A DNA stretch of 64,000 bases from an uncultured Chthonomonadaceae bacterium (GTDB taxonomy: Bacteria; Armatimonadota; Chthonomonadetes; Chthonomonadales; Chthonomonadaceae): positions 480,001 through 544,000 of the forward strand of contig CAWFQB010000014.1 of NCBI GenBank assembly GCA_963817895.1. The letters are read 5' to 3'. Shown here in pieces: positions 30,453-39,718 of the stretch (positions are counted from its first letter, which is position 1; each line of letters starts with the position of its first letter). Below the pieces are notes generated by a model that was given only the letters and a program-made list of their open reading frames with translations, was not told where the DNA came from and searched no databases. The position numbers were made by a program, and so were the translations under genes.

Positions 30453-31340
30453 TTACGGGGTTTCTGTCCAGTTGCCGGAGTAGAAGTCATGAACGGCCTG
30501 CTGGCAGGTTTCCGTTGCAGACTGAACCGGGTAGCCCCCGGCGCCGCCCAATGCCGCGTAGTCCGAAGGCGCATTGGGATCATAGCACCATTTAACCGCA
30601 TTCGCTTCGCTGGCGGGGCGGGCCGTCAGGCCAAAGCCGGCGTACTGCCCGGCTTGCATTTTGATGATTTTGGCGTGTCCATCCACAAAAGCGTAGTTCA
30701 GGTTTGTCATGTGCCGAATGGAGGCGGTATTCTTCGGGCCATCACTGCCACTGATGATGTTGTCCATTGCAATGGAGTAGCCGGGGGTATCGTAGGTATC
30801 CCCGAACGCCACGCAGTCGGCAGGAGCGGTGATAGCGGCAATCGCGCGTCCGGGGCGGGAGCCGTCCGGCAATTGCAGGGTCAGGCCATAGCCGCTGTCG
30901 CTGATCCAGCCGTCATTGTAGCCGTAGCCCTGAAGTCGCAGGCCGAGCGCGGCAGGATAATTCTGTGGCTTCGACGCGGCGCTGGCGGCGGTAGTGGTAA
31001 GCGCGCGGTCAGGACAGACCATCATTTGCCAGTTTTTCACATAAGGCTGTATGAGATTGAACCAGTACCCGCCCGATACGTACTTGCCGGTGGCATCCTT
31101 AACAGTTGGCGAGTTTTGCAGGGGCGTGGTTTCATCGAAATCCTGCGTGTACATGGCATACGCCAACCCGGACTGTTTAAGGTTGCTCAGGCAGGAAATG
31201 GCGCGGGCTTTTTCCCTCGCCTGCGCGAAGACCGGGAACAGGATAGCGGCTAATATCACGATGATAGCAATCACGACAAGCAATTCTATGAGAGTGAAGG
31301 CGCGAAGCGATGTTCGCGAAACCAATCCGGTACGAACCAT
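30453..31340 (-). CDS. Prepilin-type N-methylation / DUF1559 / H-X9-DG protein
   Basis: [53 protein letters not shown]. Confidence 0.93.
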   Translation of the reverse strand: MVRTGLVSRTSLRAFTLIELLVVIAIIVILAAILFPVFAQAREKARAISCLSNLKQSGLAYAMYTQDFDETTPLQNSPTVKDATGKYVSGGYWFNLIQPYVKNWQMMVCPDRALTTTAASAASKPQNYPAALGLRLQGYGYNDGWISDSGYGLTLQLPDGSRPGRAIAAITAPADCVAFGDTYDTPGYSIAMDNIISGSDGPKNTASIRHMTNLNYAFVDGHAKIIKMQAGQYAGFGLTARPASEANAVKWCYDPNAPSDYAALGGAGGYPVQSATETCQQAVHDFYSGNWTETP

Positions 31341-31563
31341 GAAGCATCTCCTTTGAAAATACAGGCCAACGAAACGCGGCGTGTCTGCCGCCCTCTTTTA
31401 GTTTAGACTATGTGGTATTAAGGGCGTGTTAAATTTTCACTTTCGATTGTTAAGGTTCGATACATTGACATTGGCGGGCAACTTCTGTATAATGCGGGCA
31501 GGCGTTTTCACGCGAACTCATTTCAATCTTTTATCAACTTTTTCAACCTTTAGGAGAACCGCA

Positions 31564-32724
31564 ATGGCTATTATGACGGGCTTATCGGGCAATGAGATGT
31601 TTTGCCTGCACAAAAAGGGGCTATCCGCCGGGGATATGGTTATCGGCAACAGCGTGTATTCCATTGGTTTTATCGGCAGCGTGGGTTCGGGGTTGAAAAC
31701 CATGACGGGCGGCGAAGTGACGCAGATCACGAGCATCATACACGACGGACGCAAAAGTTCGTATGAGCGCATGGTGGCGGAAGCGGAGCGGCACGGCGGC
31801 ATTGGAATCACAGGCGTATCCAGTGAACTGGTGCAGCAAATGGGCAATGTGGAGTTTCTGTCCGTCGGGTCGTGCGTTCATCAGGAGGGCGCGAAATCGG
31901 AGAAACTGGGCTTCTCCTCCAGCGCGGACGGGCAGGAGTTGTACTGCCAGATGGATTCCGGATTCCGGCCCATCAAGTTCGTGTTCGGCAATGTCGCCTA
32001 TTCCATTGGCATCGGCGGCGGTATCGGGGGCATGTTCAAGAGTTTGCAGCGGGGTGAAGTGCCGCAGTATTCGCAGGTTTTCAATGAAACGCGCCATCTC
32101 GCGCTGATTCGGATCGCGGACGAAGCGCGGAACGCGGGCGCGAATTCCGTGATCGGGATTCAAACCTCCATCATTCCGTTCAAGGGGATGCAGGAGATGG
32201 TAATGATCGGCACAGCCTCGCACCATCCCTCGCTGCCGCCGGAGTATTCGCAGCGTCCGATTACCAGCGATTTGACGAATGAGGAGATGTGGAATCTGGT
32301 TCACATGGGTTATATGCCGCTGCAACTGGTGTTGGGGGTATCCGTCTACTCGCTCGGTTTCGTGGGCGGGCTGACCGCTGCGTTCAAGTCGCTGGGGCGG
32401 GGCGAAATCAACGAATTGACAACGCTGATCTACGAGGCGCGGGAAAACGCCATTGCTCGCATTGCCGCCGACGCGACCGCGTGTGGGGCCGACGATGTGG
32501 TAGGTATCAAAACCAACGTGTACCAACTTGGCGGCGGCCTGATCGAGTTCATGGCTATCGGAACCGCCGTAAAGCGCATCCCCGGCCTGACAACCGTAAC
32601 AGACCAATTGCCGCCACAGGCCATCATCAAGGACAAGGACACGTTTGTCAACACGGCGGAAACCGCGATTGGAACCAACCTTAACCAACAAACCGGGCGC
32701 TCGCCGGGCGGCGGTGGAGAGTAA
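31564..32724 (+). CDS. YbjQ/UPF0145 heavy-metal-binding multi-domain protein
   Basis: Three repeated units, each with GEV/GEI, R-x-x-A-x-x-R, GAxxVxG and GTA-like motifs. Confidence 0.8.
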   Translation: MAIMTGLSGNEMFCLHKKGLSAGDMVIGNSVYSIGFIGSVGSGLKTMTGGEVTQITSIIHDGRKSSYERMVAEAERHGGIGITGVSSELVQQMGNVEFLSVGSCVHQEGAKSEKLGFSSSADGQELYCQMDSGFRPIKFVFGNVAYSIGIGGGIGGMFKSLQRGEVPQYSQVFNETRHLALIRIADEARNAGANSVIGIQTSIIPFKGMQEMVMIGTASHHPSLPPEYSQRPITSDLTNEEMWNLVHMGYMPLQLVLGVSVYSLGFVGGLTAAFKSLGRGEINELTTLIYEARENAIARIAADATACGADDVVGIKTNVYQLGGGLIEFMAIGTAVKRIPGLTTVTDQLPPQAIIKDKDTFVNTAETAIGTNLNQQTGRSPGGGGE

Positions 32725-32879
32725 TTGAAAATCAGGGACTTCTACCCTCATCCGTCTAAAGCTTGCGGCCCGTCGTTCCACATGGAAACGACGGACCGCA
32801 AGAGTAGCGCGCTTCAACCGCATGGAACAGGCAGAACGGTTACAAACGGTTCCGGCCCACTCCATGCGCTCACTTGAAG

Positions 32880-33446
32880 TTACTTTTTCGTTGCTGCTAC
32901 GATTGGCGCGGCGGGGGCTTTCAGTTTGCTCTTGTCGCCGTCTTTTTTGAATTCCAGACTGACGGAATTCATGCAGTAGCGCAGGCCGGTGGGTTTGGGG
33001 CCATCGTTGAAGACATGGCCTAAATGCCCGCCGCACCGGGCGCAGATGACTTCGCTGCGTTCGCCATCCGCGTCCGTATGCGTAATGACATTGCCCTTGA
33101 TGGCCTCCTGATAAAAGCTCGGCCAGCCGGTTCCCGAATCGAACTTGGTTTTGGAGGTGAATAGTTCCAGTCCGCAGGCAGCGCAGTAGTACGCGCCCGT
33201 GTCCTCGTTGTGCCAGTATTTGCCCGTGAACGCCCGCTCCGTCCCCTTTTCGCGCAAAACGTCGTACTGCTCCGGCGTCAGGATTTTCTTCCATTCCGCG
33301 TCGCTTTTCGTTATTTTGGCGACTTTGCTGTCCGTAACCTTCCCTGCTTTCACTTTGCCGCTCTGCGCGTCGGCGTCGCGCGCGCATCCCCACGCCCCGA
33401 ACGCGCCCAGCACACACGCCACGCCCGCTATGTCACGATATCGCAT
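32880..33446 (-). CDS. msrB: Peptide-methionine (R)-S-oxide reductase with N-terminal export signal
   Basis: [36 protein letters not shown]; two CxxC. Confidence 0.95.
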   Translation of the reverse strand: MRYRDIAGVACVLGAFGAWGCARDADAQSGKVKAGKVTDSKVAKITKSDAEWKKILTPEQYDVLREKGTERAFTGKYWHNEDTGAYYCAACGLELFTSKTKFDSGTGWPSFYQEAIKGNVITHTDADGERSEVICARCGGHLGHVFNDGPKPTGLRYCMNSVSLEFKKDGDKSKLKAPAAPIVAATKK

Positions 33447-33577
33447 GATAATATTGTTCTCCCTGATGTTCGGACTCAGACGACAAATGAACCGCCGCGC
33501 AAATCCCGTTGCCACACTTCTTTCAACAAACAAGTCCGTCCAAATGTTCCCTACATACCTGTACGCAGAAAAGATTC

Positions 33578-33958
33578 TCAACGTTTAACGACGCCCGGTA
33601 TCAGTTTGCGCCGCCGTTTGTGCAGGCTGACATAACAAAATTTCTCGCAGTCAACCGCTGCCTGTATTGCGCGTTCCGCCCCTTTGGGAATCAACAGGGC
33701 TGCGCCCGGACGCATCATGTAAACTTGCGCGTTCACCGTCACTTCACCCTGTCCTTCAATACCTATCAGAACAACATCCACTTCATCATTGATATGTGGA
33801 GCAATTTGTTTGCCCGGCCCCCACACCAGCAGTGTAATATCTAAATCTTCACACTCGCGCGCCCATTCCGGTCCCACGCCTACGCCCTCCCGGCAGCATT
33901 GGAGCAGGTCCACATAACTGGACGCATTATGCGATTTCACAAACTCGGCTTCAGGCAT
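33578..33958 (-). CDS. Cupin domain protein
   Basis: PHINDEVDV...GQGEVTV...IPKGAER. Confidence 0.75.
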   Translation of the reverse strand: MPEAEFVKSHNASSYVDLLQCCREGVGVGPEWARECEDLDITLLVWGPGKQIAPHINDEVDVVLIGIEGQGEVTVNAQVYMMRPGAALLIPKGAERAIQAAVDCEKFCYVSLHKRRRKLIPGVVKR

Positions 33959-33968
33959 TGTATATTCC

Positions 33969-34715
33969 TCAATCTTCTGCATTGTCATTTTGGAACGTGG
34001 CCCCGTTATCGGGAGAATTTTCTGTTTTAGCCACCGTCGGCGCGTCAACTGTTTGCGCAGGGAAGATTGCATTCAGCCGCTCAATGAAAATGGCAAGGCT
34101 TGGGTTTTCGCCGCCGTGCCGGTTCAACTCACGCTTTCGGCTGTACGGACGCGCTAATTCAGCGTAACGGCGAGGTTCCTTTGACTGTGGATTGATTGCA
34201 TGAAAATTCTTCTTTCTCAGGGCGCGATTAAGGACATCCAGACAGTTGAGGGGCTTCGCTTTTTCTTTGCCTTCGGCGTACAGGGGTAACAGCCAACATT
34301 CTGTAGTATCCACGGCAACCGCAAAAATGATTCGTTCGTGAAATCGGTTCCAGACCGTATCGCCGATTTTCTCCTGTAGTTTGGCAGCCACTCGCGCTGC
34401 GATTTCAGAGGGTGGTAGCAGTTTGCCCTCTTCATGCTTTGAAACGCCGAACTTGGGATCGTCGCACTGATCCGTATCTACTTGCACAACGATGTAATCC
34501 ACAAACGGAAAGGCTTCGGCAAACTTTGGAGAAGCGCAGTATTCTAGAACCAACTGCCAGTTGCTGAAATTCTCCACCTGATGTTTGTGGATGTTGTTGT
34601 AAACAGGCAAGAACGGGCGCGTATCAATCTCTTCAGGATCGAAAAATCCATCCAACACGGCCTGAATAACCTGCTGATCGGTTATGCCCTCGGTGATAAG
34701 TCCAAATATCGGCAT
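33969..34715 (-). CDS. TOPRIM-like hypothetical protein coupled to the AAA ATPase
   Basis: ITEGITD (E-G-x-x-D), VQVDTD (DxD), ECWLL. Confidence 0.6.
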   Translation of the reverse strand: MPIFGLITEGITDQQVIQAVLDGFFDPEEIDTRPFLPVYNNIHKHQVENFSNWQLVLEYCASPKFAEAFPFVDYIVVQVDTDQCDDPKFGVSKHEEGKLLPPSEIAARVAAKLQEKIGDTVWNRFHERIIFAVAVDTTECWLLPLYAEGKEKAKPLNCLDVLNRALRKKNFHAINPQSKEPRRYAELARPYSRKRELNRHGGENPSLAIFIERLNAIFPAQTVDAPTVAKTENSPDNGATFQNDNAED

Positions 34716-34717
34716 CT

Positions 34718-35941
34718 TCAGAAGTTGTCCGGCAGGCCGCCAAGATAGCCCCGTAAAAACGCTTCCGACAAACGAACGGTAGGCTGTTCAGGAGTGGGTT
34801 GTGGCGCGGCAACACGCTTTACCCGCGTATGCCCGCGCCGATTACGGGACACAACAAACAGTCGCTGCTGATCGTCCGTCAGGTCAAGCCCGTCCAAAAT
34901 AGCAGGATTGTGGGTGGTGAACACGACCTGCTTTGCCTTCTCTTCCGCGAGTTTCGCCAACTCCATCATCAGCTGACTGCACAGTTTGGGATTCAGCGAC
35001 GCATCTACGTTATCAATGGCAAAGAAAGAGGGCGTCTCTTTGCTGATGAACAGCGTAAAGTAGAACAGCAGAAACAAAAAACCCTCGTTCGCGCTCTTCT
35101 GGTCAAAAAACGAAAGCGCGCTATCCAGATACCGATCATGGATACGCAGGTAGCGTTCGGACGGCGACAGGTCACTGGCAATCTCGAAATCCGAAAACCA
35201 GTCTATGCACAGCAACCGTTTACGAACCTCCTCCAATCCCTCCTTATCCTGCGCACTCATCACCCGCAGCAGCTTGAACAGCCCCTCGCCCCGTATCCCC
35301 AACGGCTGTATCTGCCCCTCCTGTTCAAACGTCCGCAACGCAGAATTTTCCGGCGAGTACACAAGGAAATGTTGCAATTCAGTTGGGCCATACAATGCAA
35401 AAAGCAGATTTTTTGTAATCATTGACAGAACTTCGGTGTCGTGTGAATACTCATTCTCATCTTGCCGAGTCTTCTTTTCCATAATTACCTTATGTCGGTA
35501 GTAAGCTATGGCTATACCCATAATATCGTCTTCATCATATTTGGCCTCTAGAACATTCAAGCTAGATAGGAATTGTTTATGAGCAAAGCGATCCATTCTC
35601 TTCCATGAAACATAAGGGCGTTCGTTGTCTTTCTGAAGTGTGTAAGCATACACGTTGTTTTCATCATTCTTAAAAGATAGTTCTATATCCTTATCAACTG
35701 CTTCCTTGTCGAAAGCGGAACGCATAAAACGAGGGTCGTCTGATACACGAATACCCCGTGACGCCAGAAACTCGTTATCCAGTTTGTCGTTTGCCGCCGC
35801 CGAACCGAGTGCGAGAGCTTCCAGAATGTTGCTTTTGCCGGAACCGTTCGCGCCGATAAAGACGTTGATACGGCCCAATGCCAGCGTCAACTCCGTAATA
35901 GATTTGAAATTGCGTATTTCCACTTCTTCAATCATAGCCAA
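34718..35941 (-). CDS. ABC/AAA_21-type ATPase
   Basis: IRNFKSI, Walker A GANGSGKS, FAIDNVD, TTHNP. Confidence 0.88.
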   Translation of the reverse strand: MAMIEEVEIRNFKSITELTLALGRINVFIGANGSGKSNILEALALGSAAANDKLDNEFLASRGIRVSDDPRFMRSAFDKEAVDKDIELSFKNDENNVYAYTLQKDNERPYVSWKRMDRFAHKQFLSSLNVLEAKYDEDDIMGIAIAYYRHKVIMEKKTRQDENEYSHDTEVLSMITKNLLFALYGPTELQHFLVYSPENSALRTFEQEGQIQPLGIRGEGLFKLLRVMSAQDKEGLEEVRKRLLCIDWFSDFEIASDLSPSERYLRIHDRYLDSALSFFDQKSANEGFLFLLFYFTLFISKETPSFFAIDNVDASLNPKLCSQLMMELAKLAEEKAKQVVFTTHNPAILDGLDLTDDQQRLFVVSRNRRGHTRVKRVAAPQPTPEQPTVRLSEAFLRGYLGGLPDNF

Positions 35942-36079
35942 ACATCCCGTTCCTTGCCGTAACTTACGCCGCTATCATCCTTGTGATTCCACATTCCTGA
36001 TACGCTTTCCTGCTGCAAGATGATGTTCGCAAGTTTCAGGAGGAAATAAGAGGCATCAACACGAATCTTTCAATCTGAA

Positions 36080-36203
36080 AGGGACTCTCAAGGATTAAAT
36101 TGTTCCACTTGGCGTCCGTGCAATAACAATTTAATCTTTTCGCGCGGCTATGGTAACAAATTCCGCCTGCGCGGACTGGAACAGTTATTTTCGTGAGAAG
36201 TTG
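36080..36203. mobile_element. ~125-bp MITE-like element, copy 2
   Basis: Homologous to 14285-14409 (GATTAAATTGTTCCAC...CTGCGCGGACTGGAACA). Confidence 0.65.
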
Positions 36204-36213
36204 TAGGATACTG

Positions 36214-36264
36214 CCTCCCCTCTCCTAGCGCGTTGCGCGGCAAGGAGAGGGGCCGGGGGTGAGG
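36214..36264. repeat. Family A palindromic repeat (intact)
   Basis: CCCCTCTCCTAGCGCGTTGCGCGGCAAGGAGAGGGGCCGGGGGTGAGG. Confidence 0.8.
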
Positions 36265-36280
36265 TCCAAAGGAGACAACA

Positions 36281-37366
36281 ATGACAACAAAACGATGGAA
36301 TGGCAGCGCGATAGCCTGCCTGACAATGAGCATGGCAGCCATTGCGGGCGTACACATCAGCAACGCCCAAACGCCCGCGCAAGGTTCCGTTGTGGACACG
36401 TCCAAACTGGTTCCCTACACGCCGGAAGCCAAAGACGGCGATTACATCATTCAGCCGCCGTATGCGAAAGCGCCGGAACTGACCGAACGCGCGGATGTTC
36501 CCAAAGGCATGGTGTACCGCTTCACCATGAACTCGACGGACAGCAAAATCTATACGGGCATCGCCAAAAACGCGCCGGGACAGACGGTTCCCTACTCGCG
36601 GCGCGTGACCGTCTACGTTCCGAGCCAGTACGTTGCCGGGACGCCCGCGCCGTTCCTCGTGTCACAGGATAGCATGACGCAGGGCAGCATGCCTACCGTT
36701 CTCGACAACATGATTGCCGACCACCGCCTGCCTGTCATGGCCGCGATTTTTATTGACTCGGGCGGGGGAGACGCGCAAGGCAGCGAGCGCGGGCTGGAAT
36801 ATGACACGGTTTCCGGCAAGTACGCGGAGTTTATCGAAACGGAAGTTCTGCCCAAAATCACCGCCGATTACCATGTCACGTTCAGCAAAGACCCCAATGC
36901 CCGCATGACTATGGGCGGCAGTTCGGGCGGCGCGGCGGCGTTTACGATGGCATGGTTCCACCCGGAATGGTATCACCGCGTTTTGACCTATTCGGGAACC
37001 TACGTCAATCAGCAGTCGCCCCTCAACCCCGAATCTCCGCACGGCGCATGGGAGTACCACGAGCATATCATCCCGCAAAGCAAAGTGAAGCCTCTGCGCA
37101 TCTGGATGGAAGTGGGCGAAAACGACATCCGTTCCCACGACCCCGAATCCACCTATCACAACTGGCCGCTCTCGAACCAGCGCATGGCCGAAGTGTTGAA
37201 AGCCAAAAAGTACCACTACCAGTACGTGTATGCCGTAGGCGCGGGGCATGTAGACGGCAGAGTGGTCAACCAGACGCTGCCGCAGGCGCTGGAGTATGTC
37301 TGGAAAGGCTACCCCATCAAAGCCATGAAACCCGCGAAAACCGCCTCCGCAGCATTAACTCCGTAA
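36281..37366 (+). CDS. Secreted enterochelin-esterase-like alpha/beta hydrolase
   Basis: VYVPSQY, ERGLEYD, GGSSGG nucleophile elbow, GAGH. Confidence 0.85.
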   Translation: MTTKRWNGSAIACLTMSMAAIAGVHISNAQTPAQGSVVDTSKLVPYTPEAKDGDYIIQPPYAKAPELTERADVPKGMVYRFTMNSTDSKIYTGIAKNAPGQTVPYSRRVTVYVPSQYVAGTPAPFLVSQDSMTQGSMPTVLDNMIADHRLPVMAAIFIDSGGGDAQGSERGLEYDTVSGKYAEFIETEVLPKITADYHVTFSKDPNARMTMGGSSGGAAAFTMAWFHPEWYHRVLTYSGTYVNQQSPLNPESPHGAWEYHEHIIPQSKVKPLRIWMEVGENDIRSHDPESTYHNWPLSNQRMAEVLKAKKYHYQYVYAVGAGHVDGRVVNQTLPQALEYVWKGYPIKAMKPAKTASAALTP

Positions 37367-37379
37367 GAACCCCAAAGAT

Positions 37380-37518
37380 GAATAGCCCGGTTTCTAAGAG
37401 ATTACCTTGCCGGTTCCCCTTCTCCCAGGCTTTTTTGGGAGAAGGGGCTAGGGGTTGAGCAACATAAATAGCCCCTCTCCCAAGCTTTTTGGGAGAGGGG
37501 TTGGGGTGAGGGCTATTC
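37380..37518. repeat. Doublet of family A-like palindromes bounded by GAATAGCCC/GGGCTATTC
   Basis: Two CCCC(T)TCTCCC...GGGAGA(A)GGGG hairpins. Confidence 0.7.
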
Positions 37519-37575
37519 CCTCTTCATTTTCCTGATTCCCTCCCGATGCAACAGTTTATAGAAATGAGATCATCC

Positions 37576-38124
37576 ATGCGCTATACAAAATCTTCAACCC
37601 TTTGCCTGCTGCTTCCCGCCCTGATGTGCGGGATGGCGGCCACAACCCTGATGGTCGCGTCACCGGCGGCGCGCGCCGATACTGCGCCCACCAAAAAAGA
37701 CGCGCAGGCGTTATACGACAAACTTGGCGCGGTCCTCAAAAAGAAAGACATCAAAGCCATTGAAGCCCTGTCCACGCCCAAAACCGTGAACAAAACGGCG
37801 GATGGCAGAACGCTGGCTCGCGACGAATGGCTCAAATCCCTGGACGCTCAGTTGAAAGCGTTTACTACGTTGAACAGCGCGGTCTTCACCATAACCGGCG
37901 TAAAAATGGCGGGCGGAAATATGGTTGCGGACGGTTCTCTGCATCTTGTCGCCACCATAGCCGATCCCAACGGCAAGCCGCACAAGCTGGACGCCATAAA
38001 CAAAGAGCAGGATACCTGGACAAAAATCAACGGCAAATGGCTGCTGCTGATTTAGAAGGACCTTCCCGGCGGCGTCACGCTCATTGACGGCAAGCCCTTT
38101 CCCCCCGCCGTGCCAGGCAAGTAA
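37576..38124 (+). CDS. Secreted NTF2-like (DUF4440-type) protein with in-frame TAG at 38053
   Basis: Signal peptide; DTWTKINGKWLL; the frame continues after TAG as KDLPGGVTLIDGKPFPPAVPGK*. Confidence 0.65.
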
Positions 38125-38177
38125 ACAAGCGGCTTGAACGCCAATTCAAGCACACGTAGCCGCGCATGGGGGCAAAT

Positions 38178-39349
38178 ATGAAAAACCTCTTTCCGATACA
38201 TCTCCGACAATTGCAAAGCCCGCCGCTGATAGCCTGATTCCTCTTGTCGAGCAAGTCCGCAATCTGGTGCAGTCGGCGCGCATAAAGGCCGTCACGAATG
38301 TCAACTACCTGCAAGTATTAACCAATTTCGAGATTGGCCGCTGCATTGTCGAGCATGAGCAACAGGGCGCAAGTCGAGCGGAGTATGGCAAACAGATATT
38401 GGAAGCATTGGCCGAACGGCTGACGGCTGAATTTGGAAGAGGCTTTTCCCACACGAACATCAAACTCATGCGGAACTTCTTCCTGATGTATCAAGAACGG
38501 GTTCCACAGATTCGTCAGACAGTGTCTGACGAATTGCCTTCAGTCTACGATAATGTGTTTCAGGCATCAACTGACAGCCCATTTCCCTTTACGCTCAGTT
38601 GGTCACATTATGTACTCTTACTCGGCATCAGGAATGAGAACGAACGCCGTTTCTACGAGATCGAAGCCGTGCAAGCGGATTGGTCGCTTTCAGAATTAAA
38701 ACGTCAGTGCAACAGCGCCCTCTTCGAGCGGCTCGCTCTCAGTCGGGACAAGCAGAAAGTGCAGCAACTTGCCTGCGAGGGGCAGATACTCCAAAAGCCC
38801 TCCGACATGCTCAAGAATCCCTACGTTCTTGAGTTTCTCGGTCTGGCGGAAAATCTCGGCTACTCGGAAAGCGATATGGAAAGCGCGATTATCAGCAAGC
38901 TGCAAGCCTTCCTGCTGGAACTCGGCAAAGGCTTTCTGTTCGAGGCGCGGCAAAAGCGATTCACCTATGACGAAGACCATTTTTTCGTAGACCTTGTGTT
39001 CTACAACCGCCTGCTGCGCTGTTACGTCCTGATTGATCTCAAAATAGGCGAGATCACGCATCAGGATTTGGGACAGATGCAAATGTACGTTAACTACTTC
39101 GACCGCTATATCAAATTGAAGGACGAGAATCCGACTGTAGGCATCATCCTGTGCCAGAAGAAGCGTGACGCCCTTGTGGAGATCACCCTGCCGCGCGACG
39201 CCAACATTTTCGCGTCCGAATATCAGTTGTATCTGCCGTCCAAAGAAGACCTGCGCCGTCAATTGATGGAGTGGAGCGGCGCAAATACGGAAGCCGACAG
39301 CGAAGACTTGTCAACAGAACCAGAGAACGCCGCCACCGATGAAGCCTGA
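38178..39349 (+). CDS. YhcG / DUF1016 PD-(D/E)XK nuclease family protein (5' frameshift)
   Basis: RAEYGK, LSWSHY, KNPYVLEFL, FLLELGKGF, DLVFYNR, GQMQMYVNY. Confidence 0.92.
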
Positions 39350-39490
39350 AACCCTCCTCGCCCATTTCGACCAAATCGCCGATGCCCCAATACCATTCCG
39401 CGCCTGCGTCGTTTCATCCTCAACCTTGCCGTTCGAGACAAAGACGCGCCCCAAAATCCCAACGACGAACCCACGTCCATTCCTGTCTGC
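39339..39490 (+). pseudogene. hsdS: Truncated type I restriction specificity subunit (HsdS) N-terminus
   Basis: MKPETLLAHFDQIADAP / IPRLRRFILNLAVR...PQNPNDEP, then the resemblance ends. Confidence 0.65.
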
Positions 39491-39718
39491 AATACGACAA
39501 GAACAACCCAAACAATAATGCGCCAACAAGTTGAACCTTTCACGGGCTATGCCGTAAGGGTTATGTAACCACACCAACAGGCTCTCCGTATTGGGACGCC
39601 ACTCTTCTTTCAGTTCGCGGAAGATAGTGACAGCGCTGACACAGTCTCTCCGGCCTGCTTCATCCTGTCGCTATCAGAGCCAAACTCTCGCGGGGTATTG
39701 CGAAAGGACTGGTACGCT

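Noticed and set aside
32763..32801. Long hairpin as ncRNA
   Set aside because: Lies between convergent genes and is adequately explained as a terminator-like stem; single copy
31621..33417. 598-aa minus-strand ORF
   Set aside because: Shadow frame overlapping the YbjQ-like gene and msrB; no motifs
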